Shown: positions 1 through 11,775 of the stretch, piece after piece
How positions within the stretch are numbered: position 1 is the stretch's first letter
Layout of the letters: each line of letters opens with the position of its first letter
DNA from: Chiloscyllium plagiosum
Taxonomy: Eukaryota
DNA: 59,054 nt
NCBI RefSeq assembly: GCF_004010195.1
Contig: NC_057719.1
Location: 76,195,321-76,254,374, forward strand
Direction: 5' to 3'
Made by a program: the position numbers and the translations under genes
Notes under the pieces: model-generated
The model's input: only the letters and a program-made list of their open reading frames with translations
Told to the model about the DNA's origin: nothing
Databases searched by the model: none

Positions 1-61
1 CTTCTAAAAACACAGCCCTTACGTCACATCAGCTGAAGACCTGGGCTTCTGGACTCACTAT

Positions 62-198
62 AGCACATTCCTGATGAAAAGCTTATGCTTGAAATGTTGA
101 GTCTCCTGTTCCTCGGATGCTACCTGACCGGCTGTGCTTTTCCAGCACCACACTGTTTGACTCTGATCTCCAGCATCTGCAGTCCTCACTTCCTCCCA
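62..198 (+). mobile_element. Penelope-like element 3' end/pLTR fragment (family A)
   Basis: Same sequence as the terminal repeat of the RT-bearing Penelope copy at 42898-44383 (CTGATGA..GAAA..GATGCT.CCTGACC.GCTGTGCTTTTCCAGCA..CTCCAGCATCTGCAGTCCTCACT). Confidence 0.85.
66..100 (+). ncRNA. Minimal hammerhead ribozyme-like motif (Penelope type)
   Basis: CTGATGA(71-77)-A-AAGC-TTAT-GCTT-GAAA(91-94)-TGTT: hammerhead core boxes flanking a 4-bp stem II. Confidence 0.6.
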
Positions 199-214
199 GT
201 TGAGAAACGTATTT

Positions 215-298
215 GCCATGATTGAATAGCAGAACAGACTCGAGGGGCTAAGTAGCCTGATTTCTGCTCATTTGTCTTATGGTCTTACGGTCTTATGA
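215..298 (+). mobile_element. CR1 LINE 3' UTR/tail
   Basis: GCCATGATTGAAT..GACTCGAGGGGC..GCCT..CTGCTC followed by an imperfect (GTCTTATG)n tail; same tail type as the copy at 30001 on the opposite strand. Confidence 0.8.
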
Positions 299-1319
299 AT
301 GGTTGTACTGGGACAATGCCTTTCATCACAGGGAGTTACTCTCTTCATAAAGACGCACCTTCATAATAACTTTGCACACAACCTAATGATTAAAATGTTT
401 TTGCTTTGCATCATTTGAATGACATTTGGCTCTGCCTTTCCCTCACTTGTGAGAATTCCATCAATGCAGAGAGTCTTTAGCTCGAGTAAATCAATGTTAG
501 AATAAAAATGGAAAAGAGGAAAGAAAGCGAAACGATGAATTGTCCTATCACCTCCGTCCACTCCTGACCCATCATTCTGCATCCAAACTGCGCCAGCATG
601 GAATAGTGGCCAACTTTAAACCAGGTTTAAGCTCCAAGCTCAAGATGCAGAAGGTTATCCTCAATGTTTGAGGTGTGAATGAAATTCCACGTTCCACTCC
701 TGCAAACTCCATCCACACCCTCCCTCCCCACCTTTGCGTAGTGCATGATAGTTTGATTGACTGTTGCTTGATATGGAACGTACAAACGTATTTGTTCACC
801 TCGGGTGGTTGCAGAAAAGTGAGTCAGCTGCTCACTGCAAGTTAGGAAGCTCATGCCGTTACATGCAAATATCACGTGGCATCAAAGGCCAAGAAAACAA
901 ATTTGACTTTATACTGGAGTTGATGATTCTGGGAAATGACCTACAGCTGAAAGTACAGGTTGCAACAGAGTATCAGAAAACCAAGTTGCTATATTGCAAT
1001 GTCATAAATTAACACAATTGTATGATTGTACAAAACAATTCCTTTGGACTACACAGCAGTTTGTGTTTTCAATGGAAAGCATGGAAATTGAGTGTCACAT
1101 GGTTTGAGTTAAATCTAAGCTTGTAGAAACGTTTTCCTGGAATGAAATCTTAATACTTTCTTCAAATTTAACTTGCCCCTTTCCTTCCCTGGTTTTCCTG
1201 TATTTCTGCAATCTAAATCCTAACTACATGTCCTCCAAATCAAAAGAGTAATAGGAGACTACAAGCAAAGTTCTGAGGAAAATGGGGAAAAGAAACAAAC
1301 TCAAACAACAGATAAACTG

Positions 1320-1502
1320 AAAAAAAAATGAAAGAACTGAAGGTGCTGTAATTGCTGGAAAAGCTCAGCAGGTCTGACAGCACCCATGGAGAGAAATCAG
1401 AGTTAACGTTTCCGATCTGAAGAAGGGTCACTCAACCCGAAACGTTAATCTCCACAGTTGCTACCAGACCGGCTGAGCTTTTCCAGCAATCTCTGTTTTT
1501 TG
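1320..1502. mobile_element. Palindromic Penelope-derived mini-element (family B) with 13-bp TSD
   Basis: Arms ATTGCTGGAAAAGCTCAGC... and ...GCTGAGCTTTTCCAGCAAT are reverse complements; flanked by AACAGATAAACTG at 1307-1319 and 1503-1515. Confidence 0.85.
1411..1450 (+). ncRNA. Minimal hammerhead ribozyme-like motif, intact core
   Basis: CTGAAGA(1417-1423)-A-GGGT-cactca-ACCC-GAAA(1439-1442)-CGTTA; palindromic AACGTT in place of helix III. Confidence 0.65.
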
Positions 1503-1599
1503 AACAGATAAACTGCACTGGGTTTTAAAGAAAACCAAATATTCTTTAAGGACGACGCTGTGGCTTCACATATCCCCTCTACAAGTCAGCTTTAGAAAT

Positions 1600-1730
1600 A
1601 AGGAGAAAGTGAGGACTGCAGATACTGGACAGCAGAGTCAAGAGTGTGGGGCTGGATAAGCACAGCAGGTCAGGCAGCATCCGAAGAGCAGGACAATCGA
1701 CATTTCGGGCATAAGCCCTTTATCAGGAAT
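1600..1730 (-). mobile_element. Penelope-like 3' end fragment (family A) with decayed hammerhead motif
   Basis: Reverse complement of the 62-198 type sequence; minus strand reads CTGATAA-A-GGGC-TTAT-GCCC-GAAATGTC at 1695-1730. Confidence 0.85.
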
Positions 1731-2345
1731 CCTGTTCCTTAGACTTACTAAAACATCATAGAGACGTCCTTGAATGGAAATATTCAGAAAATGGACTATA
1801 TATAGAGCTGATTATACTTTGTCGAGAAATCCATACCATAGACAACTGATTTCTATGTCACACCATTAAAATATTTTTATTCACGGAGACTAAATTATTT
1901 ATTAAAATACATCAGATTTGTTTCACCCAGTCAGCACAATGTATCATGGTGTCAATTGTCTGATAGTCTCCTGTTAGTCCCTTGTGGTAAATTGTGCTAA
2001 CATCAGCATTCTAAAAGGATACTGGGTGTTAAATTTAAAGCTCATGAAATGTATAAATTTTTATTTCATTTCACATACCAGAAATTCCACATAAGGCAAG
2101 AGTTTGCACTCTGTTTTATTTTGGTAAAGGCACGACATAAATGCAAGTTGTGATGACAAGAAAAATATTCTGAGTAATTCATTACAATACAATAAATTGA
2201 AAGGTACTGGTTGATTTTATAAAAAATGAATCCCTGTGAAGCGCAAATTCCTTTGTGTTTTCAATGGAAGGCCTGGAAATTGAGTGTGATCCAGGCTTGA
2301 GTTATTCTAAGCTTGTACAAGAGCTTTTCTAAAGCAAAATCTTAA

Positions 2346-3075
2346 ACAGAGACAAAAATCAGAAATTGCTGGAAAAGCTCAGCAGGTCTGGCAGCATCTG
2401 TGGAGAGACATCCGAGTTAATGCTTTGGGTCCAGTTGTGAGGAAGGGTCACTGAAAAGGGTAAAGGATCCTCAGCTTCCATTTGTCTGCTTCAACACACC
2501 ACTTTTTTTGCTGACCAACATCTCTGTCTCAGGCTTGCTGCAGTGCTCCAGCAAAGCTCAGTGCAAGCTGGAAAAAGTGCATCTCATTTTTCACTTGGGT
2601 TCTGTACACCTTTCTGGACTCAACGTCAAGTTCAACAATTTTAGGGCTTTAGGCACTTTCTCCCATGTCCTTCCCCCAATCCCCAGACTCCTAGCCTAGT
2701 TATCACAAGGTCTGCCATTACACACGACCCATTATTAGTCACTAATAGTCCCCATTTGTAGCTATTCATTCTAGTAGGCTGACTGTTAGCCACTCTTGCA
2801 TTTGTCCAACTGTTCTCTGTCATTAGTTTCTATCTCCACCTATCGTTTACTCCTTACCGAGCTACCACCCCCACCCCCGCTCACTCCAACCCCATGATCC
2901 TATTTTCTGCATAAGAACCAACTTTTGCCCAGCTACCATCAATTATGAGGAAGGGTGGCTGGACTCAAAATGTTAACTCTGATTTCTCTTCACAGATGCT
3001 GCCAGATCTGCTGAAAGTTTCCAGAAATTTCTGTTTCTGATTTGCAGTATCCGCAGTTCTTTCATTTTTTACTTG
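2346..3075 (+). mobile_element. 5'-truncated Penelope-like element (family B) with inverted 5' arm
   Basis: ORF 2508-2699 ISVSGLLQCSS..KLEKVHLIFHLG...SGLNVKFNNF resembles the C-terminus of the Penelope GIY-YIG endonuclease; 2350-2430 is the reverse complement of 2970-3040; AAATCTTAA repeated at 2337-2345 and 3076-3084. Confidence 0.85.
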
Positions 3076-3334
3076 AAATCTTAACAGTTTCTTTTAGTTT
3101 GACTTGTTCTTGTCTTCCCCTTTTTATCAAGAAATTTCAACACATGCTTTAATTTACCTCTCTATCAGAAAGCAGAGGATTTGTTTTATTTCACAAAACA
3201 TGGAACTTTCAATAATTTTTTTAATGTGCCACTTCTGAAATGTATGCTCATTGCCTTAACATTCAGTAACCAAAAGTGAGTTTTCACTGAGTAAATCTAA
3301 TGCATTTGGAATTGGGTGAGACAATGACAAAACC

Positions 3335-3945
3335 ATGACACCAACTGGTGAAATGTTAATTGAAGTACATGTCATCAAATCTGGAATAGCAAGTTAGTGT
3401 CAGTAATGGTGAATTAGAATCCCTACAGTGTGGAAGCAGGCCCTTCAGCCCAACAAGTCCTCTGAAGAATAACCCACCCAAACCCATTCCCCTACCCTAT
3501 ATTTGCCCCTGACTAATGCACCTACCCTACGCATCCCTGAACGCTATGGCCAATTCACCCAGCCTGCACATCTTTAGGCTGTGGGAGGAAACCGGAGCAC
3601 CCAGAGGAAACCCACACAGACACGGGGAGAATGTGCAAACTCCAGACAGTCACCTGAGGCTGGAATTGAACCCGGGTCCCTGGCACTGTGAGGCAACTGT
3701 GCTAACCACTGAGCCACGGTGCTGCCATGGCAGATCATGAAACAATCACCAACTGTTACAGTAATCCATCTGGCTCACTAAAGACCTTTAGGGAAAGAAA
3801 CCTGCCATCCTTGCAAAGTCTGGCCTACATCTGAATCGAAACTCATGGCAATATGGCTGACTCTAAGCTGCCCTCTGTTGTGACCTAACAAGCCATTCAG
3901 GTGAAAGGCAATTAGAGATAGGTAACATGGGATGAATCGCATAGC
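3335..3945 (+). mobile_element. Second tRNA-type SINE family (core CATCTGGTTCACTAA..TTTAGGGAAGGAAA), split by an HE1 insertion
   Basis: Core at 3767-3877 recurs in reverse at 10620-10960, 31830-31930 and 55290-55420; its tail resembles the 3' end of the LINE at 39140-39915. Confidence 0.65.
3413..3727 (-). mobile_element. HE1-type V-SINE
   Basis: Minus strand has tRNA-like head (A box TGGCTCAGTGG, B box GGTTCAATTCC), V-domain GGTTTCCTC.GGGTGCTCCGGTTTCCTCCCACAG and CR1-like tail. Confidence 0.9.
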
Positions 3946-4355
3946 ATGAAAGAGTAAAGACAAATACAGGTTAAGATACGCCATGAATATGGGGTCATGC
4001 TCAGGTCAAACTGATGAAAGTCTCGGGTCAACCATTGCTAGTTAAAATTGGCTACAGCCAACAGCACAAAACTGCTTCTGTGTAGTAACTGGTTGGCAAT
4101 TTCAATTAGAAAAGATGCAAGGACATAGGTTTTTCTCTCTGTGGCTTCTACCCAACCATCCAATTGTATCAATGGGAGATTCAGCCCATTTCAAGGGCTA
4201 GGCTATTTTAACATTGGTCCAATGGCAGGGATAGGGGTGGGAGACAGTGGAACAGAAATGCACCAGACTGTGCACAAGATCTGGGTGAGTACAATGTCCA
4301 ATGGACCTGCTGATTTCCAGGCCCAGAGAAAAAGACAGTGTGTTCCATTTACGAG

Positions 4356-6167
4356 GATCAGTCCAATTTGCAGAACACGTTTCACTCCAAGCGTAGGGCC
4401 ATTGAAATTCTGAATCGGATGTTCAACGCATTGAAATAACTTCAAGCAACATTTATGATGGTCATTGAAAGCAAACTGGTGCTGATTGATGCTTAAAGTC
4501 TCAAGTTCTAACTGAAATATTAACTATATTAAAGACTTGGGTCTGAATAAGTATTCATTTGCTGAATAAAATGGAACTCAAATTAAGAATAAGCACAGCA
4601 AAGTGTGTCAGTTCCTGATCCAAATTTTAAAATTGTGTTCATCAGCAACATCACTGGCATCAAACAGTGTCTTTAACAATAAATGTCAAAAGCCACATAA
4701 ATCAATAATCTGATTGAGAGTCTGTGTTCCCACAGACATAACTTAAACTCGTACCCTTTGGACTCCTCTTTGGCTGAACCATCAAATTGACTCAGGAAAA
4801 TACATAGTGCTCCCTCCAATCCACTGAGACCTAAAGTGAGCTTTCTTTAGGTTTAGGGAGGCAAGAGTAGTCCTAGGATACCAATTAAGAAACTGAAATC
4901 AGTTACACATGTGCTTCTGGGGATGGTCCAGTCTTCACATTCTGACAGAGGGAAAGGTTGGGATGGGGGAATGAGGTAGTGAATTCTCCATTGCATTTGG
5001 TGGGCTGTCATCATTATTGGTGGCAGGCCAGAGGCATCAAACTCTGCCCCAGGGATAACTGCTGTGAGAAATATTTGTGCAGTAGATATATGGAGCCTAA
5101 CTTTTATTAAATTCCAAAGTACTGCACTCTGTGTCTAAGGTATTTTCTGTAAAAACATATTCTCTTCAGACTCTAGTAGACCTTCTACACCATTCCTGTT
5201 CTTTCTACATAGACATGTGATACTGACAACATCATTACTCATCATCGTTATACATTTTACTGTTGCCTCATTACTTTACAGTAGCCATGTGCAGTGGAAT
5301 AAATGTATTTTTAGCTCCTTATGTGTAACTGTACAGTACTGTGTTTTTGTAAAGATACCTTTTATTTAATTTCTTGATTTTTAAAATGTTACCTATTTTG
5401 CTCAGAATATCAAACAGTAGAAATGCAAACATTTCTAGTATAACAGCATGTAATAATTCCTTTCACTGGATCATACTTACACACACCTTGGAAATAAGAC
5501 TACATCAGGGTTTTGGTGTAAAATTGGGTATAGATCTCAACCCAGTTTTCAGGGCGTTGTATAATGGAAGGCAGCTTCAGCATTATCTGTGCACACATCC
5601 ATTACCCAATATCAAATTGATCCCCTTGAGTAAACGCGCAAACACAGATTCCAACAGTGAAGAAAACTGCTTGTAGTGTTGAAAAAGTATATGGTGAAAG
5701 CAATAAAAACTAATATAACAGACTGCCTCCCAGGTTGAAAGCTCAGGAATCAGATGGACTTCTGTAAATTAGAAATTGATTAGAACCTCTCAATCAGATT
5801 ACCGATTTTATGTGGCTTGTAGACATCTATTATTAAAGATACTATTTGATGTCAGTGATGTTGCTGATGAACACTTTTTCTTAATTTGGAACTGAGTGGA
5901 CTTCAGGAACTGACCCACCTTACTGTGCTTATTCATAATTGGAATCCCGATTTGTTCAGTGAATAAATATTTATTCAGACCCAAGCCTTTAACATAGTTA
6001 ATATTTCAATTGGAAGTTTAGACTTTAACTGTCAATCAGCATCAGTTTGCTTTCAATGACCATTATAATAAGTTGCTTGAAGTTATTTCAATGCGTTGAA
6101 AATCCAGTGCAGAATTGCAAAGGCTCTACGCTTGGAGTGAAATGTATTTTCCCCAATTGCATTGACC
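4356..6167. repeat. Long imperfect inverted repeat: arms ~4356-4720 and ~5787-6167, spacer ~1.07 kb
   Basis: TTTCACTCCAAGCGTAG (4380) pairs with CTACGCTTGGAGTGAAA (6126); TTCAACGCATTGAAATAACTTCAAGCAAC pairs with GTTGCTTGAAGTTATTTCAATGCGTTGAA; colinear over the whole arm. Confidence 0.9.
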
Positions 6168-6305
6168 AATTATTTGATGATTGTGGTTGATGACTATGAC
6201 CAAACGAAGCTAGTTGAAAACTACATTCAGATATTTCCCTCGCATTAACTTGCCATATAACTTACACATTGGATGGAGGTATTGCTGAAATAAAGCTGAG
6301 ATTTA

Positions 6306-6881
6306 AACCAAACAGAAATTACTGGAAAAGCTCAGCAGGTCTGGCAGCATCTGTGAAGAGAAATGCTTCAGATCCAGTGACCCTTCCTCAGAACTGATGG
6401 TAACTAGGAAAATATTGGTTAACATGCAGAAGGGTGGGGGGAGTGGGGGGAGTGGGTAAGGAGAAAACGATACGTGAGGATAGGTCCCACAGAGAGAGAG
6501 GAACAGTTGGATGGACAAAGGAATTGATAACGATCTGGCTATGAAAGTGAATAGCTGTTATTGGAGACTGCTCGTGGCTAACAATAGGCAGTGTGTAATG
6601 GCAGACTATATGATAACAAAGCTTGGTGTGTGGGATAGGGGACTAGGACATGGGAGAGTTCAGGCCCCTAAAATTATTGAACTCGATATTGAGTCCAGAG
6701 GACCGCAGGGTCCCCAAGCGGAAACTGGGGTGTTCTTCCAGCTTGTGCTGAACTTCGCTGGAACACTGCAGCAAGTCTGAGATGGAGATGTTGACCAGGG
6801 AACAGGGTGGTGGGTTAAAATGGCAGGCAACTGGAAGATCAGGTCTTTTTTTGCGGGCAGAACGTAGGTGTTTTCAGCTCT
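6306..6881 (-). mobile_element. 5'-truncated Penelope-like element (family B) with 12-bp TSD
   Basis: Reverse-complement homolog of 2470-3040 (GIY-YIG end plus 3' UTR with CTGAGGA-A-GGGT..ATCT-GAAG motif); AGCTGAGATTTA at 6294-6305 and 6882-6893. Confidence 0.85.
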
Positions 6882-7422
6882 AGCTGAGATTTACAGCTGT
6901 ATCATGTTTATCTCTCATTCGGCAAGATTTTCAGGGGCAAATTGTGGTGCAGAAGTAAATGCCAGTAACTCTTGGAAATGAATACTGGTCATGCTAGAGT
7001 TCTATTTTGAAGTACGCAACGTGGGTTGGATCAGTACATGTTATTCATGTGTTTTACTGATCCTTCCTTCTGGAAGGGAGATGGGCAGACACATAATTTC
7101 ATGCGATAAGTTAGTGTGAGAATTTTCCTGTCAGTGTTGGGCTTTTTGCAGCAGAGAACGGCAGGTGCTGGGCAGAAGTGAAGTCGGAGCGCAAAGCCGG
7201 TCGGGAAGGTAAGTGATTGTTATTTGAGTGGGTGTGTTCTAGACCCCAGGTCCTACAAAGTAGGGCCTCCCTCCCACCCTTATAAATTAAAAGTCCACAG
7301 ACTTGCCGCAAAAAGAGGGTACAAGAAAGTTCCTATGGAGTGAAGAGTGAGGCTTTAGCTCAGGAGTCTTTGACAAGGAGGTTGAGTGAAGTGATTACGC
7401 CACAGTTGAAGAGGGTGAAGAC

Positions 7423-8311
7423 ATGACTGCCCAGCTGGTTCAGTGTGCTACATGCTTGATGTGGGAGGTCAACGACTCTGGTGTGTCTGGCTCGTATAAG
7501 TGTGGAAAGTGTGTGCACGTTCAGCTACTGACAGAGCATATTGCAGCGCTGATGAAAGAACTCGAGGACCTTAGGCTCATCCGAGAGAACGAGATCTTTA
7601 TTGACAAGACCTTCAGCGAGGTTATTACACCAATCGTACCAGAAGAGAGCAGACGATGTGGAAGGCAGAGAGGAGACAGGTGCAAGAGACCCCAGGGGAA
7701 GTACCTGTCAGGGACAAGTTGAATCTTTTGGAAACAGTAGAGACAGATCACACGGCCAGTCCACGAGGCGGCCAAATCTGTCAATCAAAAGTTGGCGTGG
7801 AGGCAGAGCGGAAGAGTCGGTCATCGCACAGAGCCATGGTAATAGGGGACTCCACAGTGAGAGGACCTGACCGGGGTTTTTGTGGCAGCAGGCGGGACTT
7901 AAAGATGGTGTGTTGCCTTCCTGTTGCCAGGGTTAAAGACATCACAGACAGAGTGCAGGAATCCTCAAGGACGAAGGTGAAAGGCCAGAGGTGGTGGTAC
8001 ATGTCGACACAAATGATGTCGGGAAGAAGAGGAGGAACATACTACAGCGGGACTTCGGAGAACTAGGAAGAAGGCTGAAAAGCAGGACGTCCAGGGTGGT
8101 TATCTCCAGTTTGCTTCCAGTTCCTCGGGCTGGTGAGGCCAGAAACAGGGAGATAATGGACTTGAACGTGTGGCTGGGGAACTGGTGCAGGAAGCAAGGA
8201 TTTAAATTCTTGGATCACTGGGGTATGTTTTGTGGTAAGCATAAATTATACAAGAAAGATGGTTTGCACCTTAATAGGTTTGCCACTGCAACACAGCTGC
8301 ATTTAAGCTAA
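7423..8311 (+). pseudogene. CR1 ORF1: CxxC..CxxC zinc motif, leucine zipper, SGNH esterase domain (frameshifted)
   Basis: CATC..CGKC plus heptad leucines (7423-7722); VIGDSTVRG, VHVDTND (GxND block) and DGLHLN across three frames. Confidence 0.85.
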
Positions 8312-8489
8312 GTAGCTGGAGGGGAGGGAGAGGGGACAAACTGGATGTCTAAGAAGGAAATTGAAGGGAAAGTTAGAACAAGGGAAATCAAGAAAGACAA
8401 CTGTATCAATGAAGCAGAAAACTCAAATAGGGAGCATGCTGTTAGGTTGAGTGAAATAGGAGTTGATGGGAAGGGTGAGGGCAGTAACA

Positions 8490-10330
8490 AATTAAAAATA
8501 CTATATATGAATGCACGAGGCATTAGAAATAAGATGGATGAGCTTGAGGTTCTTTTGGAAATTGGCAGATGATATTGTGGGGATAACTGAGACGTGGCTT
8601 CAAGTGGACAGGGGCTGGGAAATTAATATTCAAAGCTACACGTGTTATCGTAAGGACAGACTGACAGGCAGAGGAGGTGGGGTAGCCATGTTGGTAAGGG
8701 ATGATATTCAGTCCCTTGCGCGGGGGGGGACCTAGAATCAGGGGATGGTAGAGTCAATATGGATAGAGCTGAGAAATTCTAAGGGTAAAAAGACCTCTTG
8801 GGAATTATAACAGTTGTTATGGGGGATTTCAACATGCAGGTAGACTGGGAGAATCAGGATGGTATTGGACCTCAAGAAAGAGACCTTGTGGAGTGCCTCC
8901 GAGATGGATTCTTAGAACAGCTGGTGCTGGAGCCTACCAGGGAGAAGGCAATTCTGGATCTGGTGTTGTGCAACAAATCAGAATTGATCAGGGACCTCGA
9001 AGTGAAGGAGCCATTAGGAAGTAGTGACCANNNNNNNNNNNNNNNNNNNNNNNNNNNNNNNNNNNNNNNNNNNNNNNNNNNNNNNNNNNNNNNNNNNNNN
9101 NNNNNNNNNNNNNNNNNNNNNNNNNNNNNNNNNNNNNNATAGGTCAGAGTCAGCATGGATTTATGAAGGGGAAATCATGCTTGACTAATCTTTTGGAATT
9201 TTTTGAGGATGTAACTCTGAAGATGGACAAGGGAGATCCAGTGGATGTCGTGTACCTGGACTTTCAGAAAGCCTTTGATAAAGTCCCATATAGGAGGTTA
9301 GTGAGCAAAATTAGGGCGCATGGTATTGGAGGAAAAGTAGTAACTTGGATGGAAAGTTGGTTGGCTGCAAGGAAACAAAGTGTAGTGATAAACGGCTCCA
9401 TTTCGGAAAGCAGGCAGTTATCAGTGGGGTACCGCAGGGATCAGTGCTGGGACCGCAGCTTTTTACGATATATATTAATGATATAGAAGATTGTATCAGT
9501 AATAACATTAGCAAATTTGCTGATGATACAAAGCTGGGTGGCAGGGTGAAATGTGAGGAGGATGTTAGGAGATTACAGGGTGACCTGGACAGGTTAGGTG
9601 AGTGGTCAGATGCATGGCAGATGCAGTTTAATGTGGATAAATGTATGGTTATCCACTTTGGTGGCAAGAACAGGACTGCAGATTACTACCTAAATGGAAT
9701 CAATTTAGGTAAAGGGGCAGTACAAAGAGATCTGGGTGTTCTTGTACACCAGTCAATGAAGGTAAGCATGTAGGTACAGCAGGTAGTGAAGAAGGCAAAT
9801 AGCATGCTGGCCTTCATAACAAGAAGGATTGAGTATAGAAGCAAAGAGGTTCTTCTGCAGCTGTACAGGGCCCAGGTGAGACCACACCTGGAGTATTGTG
9901 TGCAGTTCTGGTCTCCAAATCTGAGGAAAGACATTCTGGCTATTGAGAGAGTGCAGCGTAGGTTCACAAGATCAATTCCTGGAATGGCGGGATTACCATA
10001 CGCTGAAAGACTGGAGCCACTGGGCTTGTATACCCTTGAGTTTAGAAGACTGAGAGGGGATATGATTGAGACATATAAGATTATTAAAGGATTAGACACA
10101 TTGGAGGCAGGAAACAGGTTTCCGCTGATGGTGAGTGCCGAACCAGAGGACACAGCTTAAAAATACGGGGTAAACCATTTAGGACAGAGATGAGGAGAAA
10201 CTTCTTCACCCAGAGAGTGGTGGCTGTGTGGAATGCTCTGCCCCAGAGGGCAGTGGAGGCCCTGTCTCTGGATTCATTTAAGAAAGAGTTGGATAGAACT
10301 CCCTGGGTTGGTGGAATCAAGGGTTATGGA
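8490..10330 (+). pseudogene. CR1 ORF2: APE endonuclease + reverse transcriptase (stops, frameshifts, deletion, gap)
   Basis: [68 protein letters not shown]. Confidence 0.92.
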
Positions 10331-10554
10331 GATAAGATAGGAACAGGATACTGATTAAGGATGATCTTGATGATATTGAATGGCGGTGCAGGCTCGAAGG
10401 GCAGAATGGCCTACTCCTGCACCTATTGTCTATTGTCTATTGACAGGCCAGATGCCTGGGAGTGGTCACTGGGTGGAAGCCCAGGGAACAAACTGCAGGC
10501 AGGCTGTCATGCCTCACATAGCTGCTCCACAAGGCAGCCCATTAATTTTTTAAA

Positions 10555-11120
10555 AGATTTATCTACAAGATATGGGCATCACTGGCGAGGCCAGTATCTA
10601 TTGCCTCTTCCTAATTTCCTAGAGGGCAGTTGACAGTCAATCATATTGTTCTGCATCTGTACTCACATGGTAAGTAGACAAACAGGTGGCTGGAAGGATA
10701 CAGCAAGCCAGGCAGCATCAGGAGGTGGAGAAGTTAACATTTCAGGTCGAGACTCTTCTCAACCGAATATGTCGACTTCTTCACCTCCTGATGCTGCCTG
10801 GTTCATTGTGTCCATCTATGCTCCTGGTTGTCTGCTTTGGACTCCAGCATCTGCAGTTTTTTTGTCTGTAGTCATATGGAGACCAGACCAAGTAAGATTG
10901 GCAGTTTTCTTCTCTAAAGGGCATGAGTGCACCAAATGGGTTTTTCCCCAAACATTGACAATTGATTCATGGTCATCAGTAGACTCCTAATTCCAGATTT
11001 TTTAAAAATTTAAATTGCAGTGTCTGCCATGATGGGATTTGAACCCAGGTCCCCAGATCATTACCTGGATCTCTAGATTAACAGCCAAGCAATAATACAA
11101 CAAGGCCATTACCTCTTCTG
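10555..11120 (-). mobile_element. Second tRNA-type SINE family, split by a Penelope-derived palindrome
   Basis: Reverse complement of the 3335-3945 family; B box (GGTTCAAATCCC on minus strand) at ~11035-11046. Confidence 0.7.
10671..10864. mobile_element. Palindromic Penelope-derived mini-element (third sequence type)
   Basis: CCAGGCAGCATCAGGAGGTG.AGAAGT pairs with ACTTCT.CACCTCCTGATGCTGCCTGG; ends in CTCCAGCATCTGCAGTTTT; flanked by TCTGTACTCACATGG / TCTGTAGTCATATGG (13/15 identical). Confidence 0.75.
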
Positions 11121-11775
11121 CTAAACTTGTTGAGTAGCTGCCTCAAGATGAAGCAACTGTCTCTTCCTAGTAACTGTGATAGCAGCACCTCTTCCCATGT
11201 TTGGGGTTTACCTGTGGGACCTCCAACTTTGACCGTCTACTTTTCACCCTTGAAAGGATGACAAGTATTTCTCTGTCTCACAGTCAGCATGTCAGTACAC
11301 TTTTAAGAGACATACTCATGATATTGTCACTCTATTATAGCACATAACCTGAGCGTAGAAAAGTCTCAGACATTTCAAAACCCAAGCCACTTGAAGCATG
11401 TGGCCTGTTGACTTTCTGTAACCAAATAGCCCAGATACTTCTGTGTCTGTGAATCTAATGCTTGTATATAAGTGATATAACATTCTGATGGATTCTTCAA
11501 TACCATATAACCTACATTTAGTTCTTATGCCACAAGAGATAATATGAGCATCACTGTATCAGGTACATGTAACTGCTGGAGACAAAATGCACTAATTGGC
11601 CATCAAAGAAAAATGTCCCCAATGTATTATGGGTTGGGATTTCCATTTAACTCCAACATCAAGTCCCAACTGAAATGCAAAATCCTACCGATAGACCCAA
11701 CTCGCTTAAAGAGTGACTTCTGACAGTAAAGCGTTTGACAAGCTTAGGTTTTATTTGGTGGAGGTGATCCATCCA

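Larger units (their letters stand above)
7110..10441 (+). mobile_element. Near full-length, disrupted CR1 LINE (ORF1 + ORF2 + 3' tail), contains assembly gap
   Basis: ORF1 and ORF2 motifs in the expected order; ends in (CTATTGT)n tail at 10422-10441; 5' boundary approximate. Confidence 0.9.

Noticed and set aside
4380..4439. Short frame FHSKRRAIEILNRMFNALK* kept open in both inverted-repeat arms
   Set aside because: Differences between arms are mostly non-synonymous and no splice acceptor or start supports an exon
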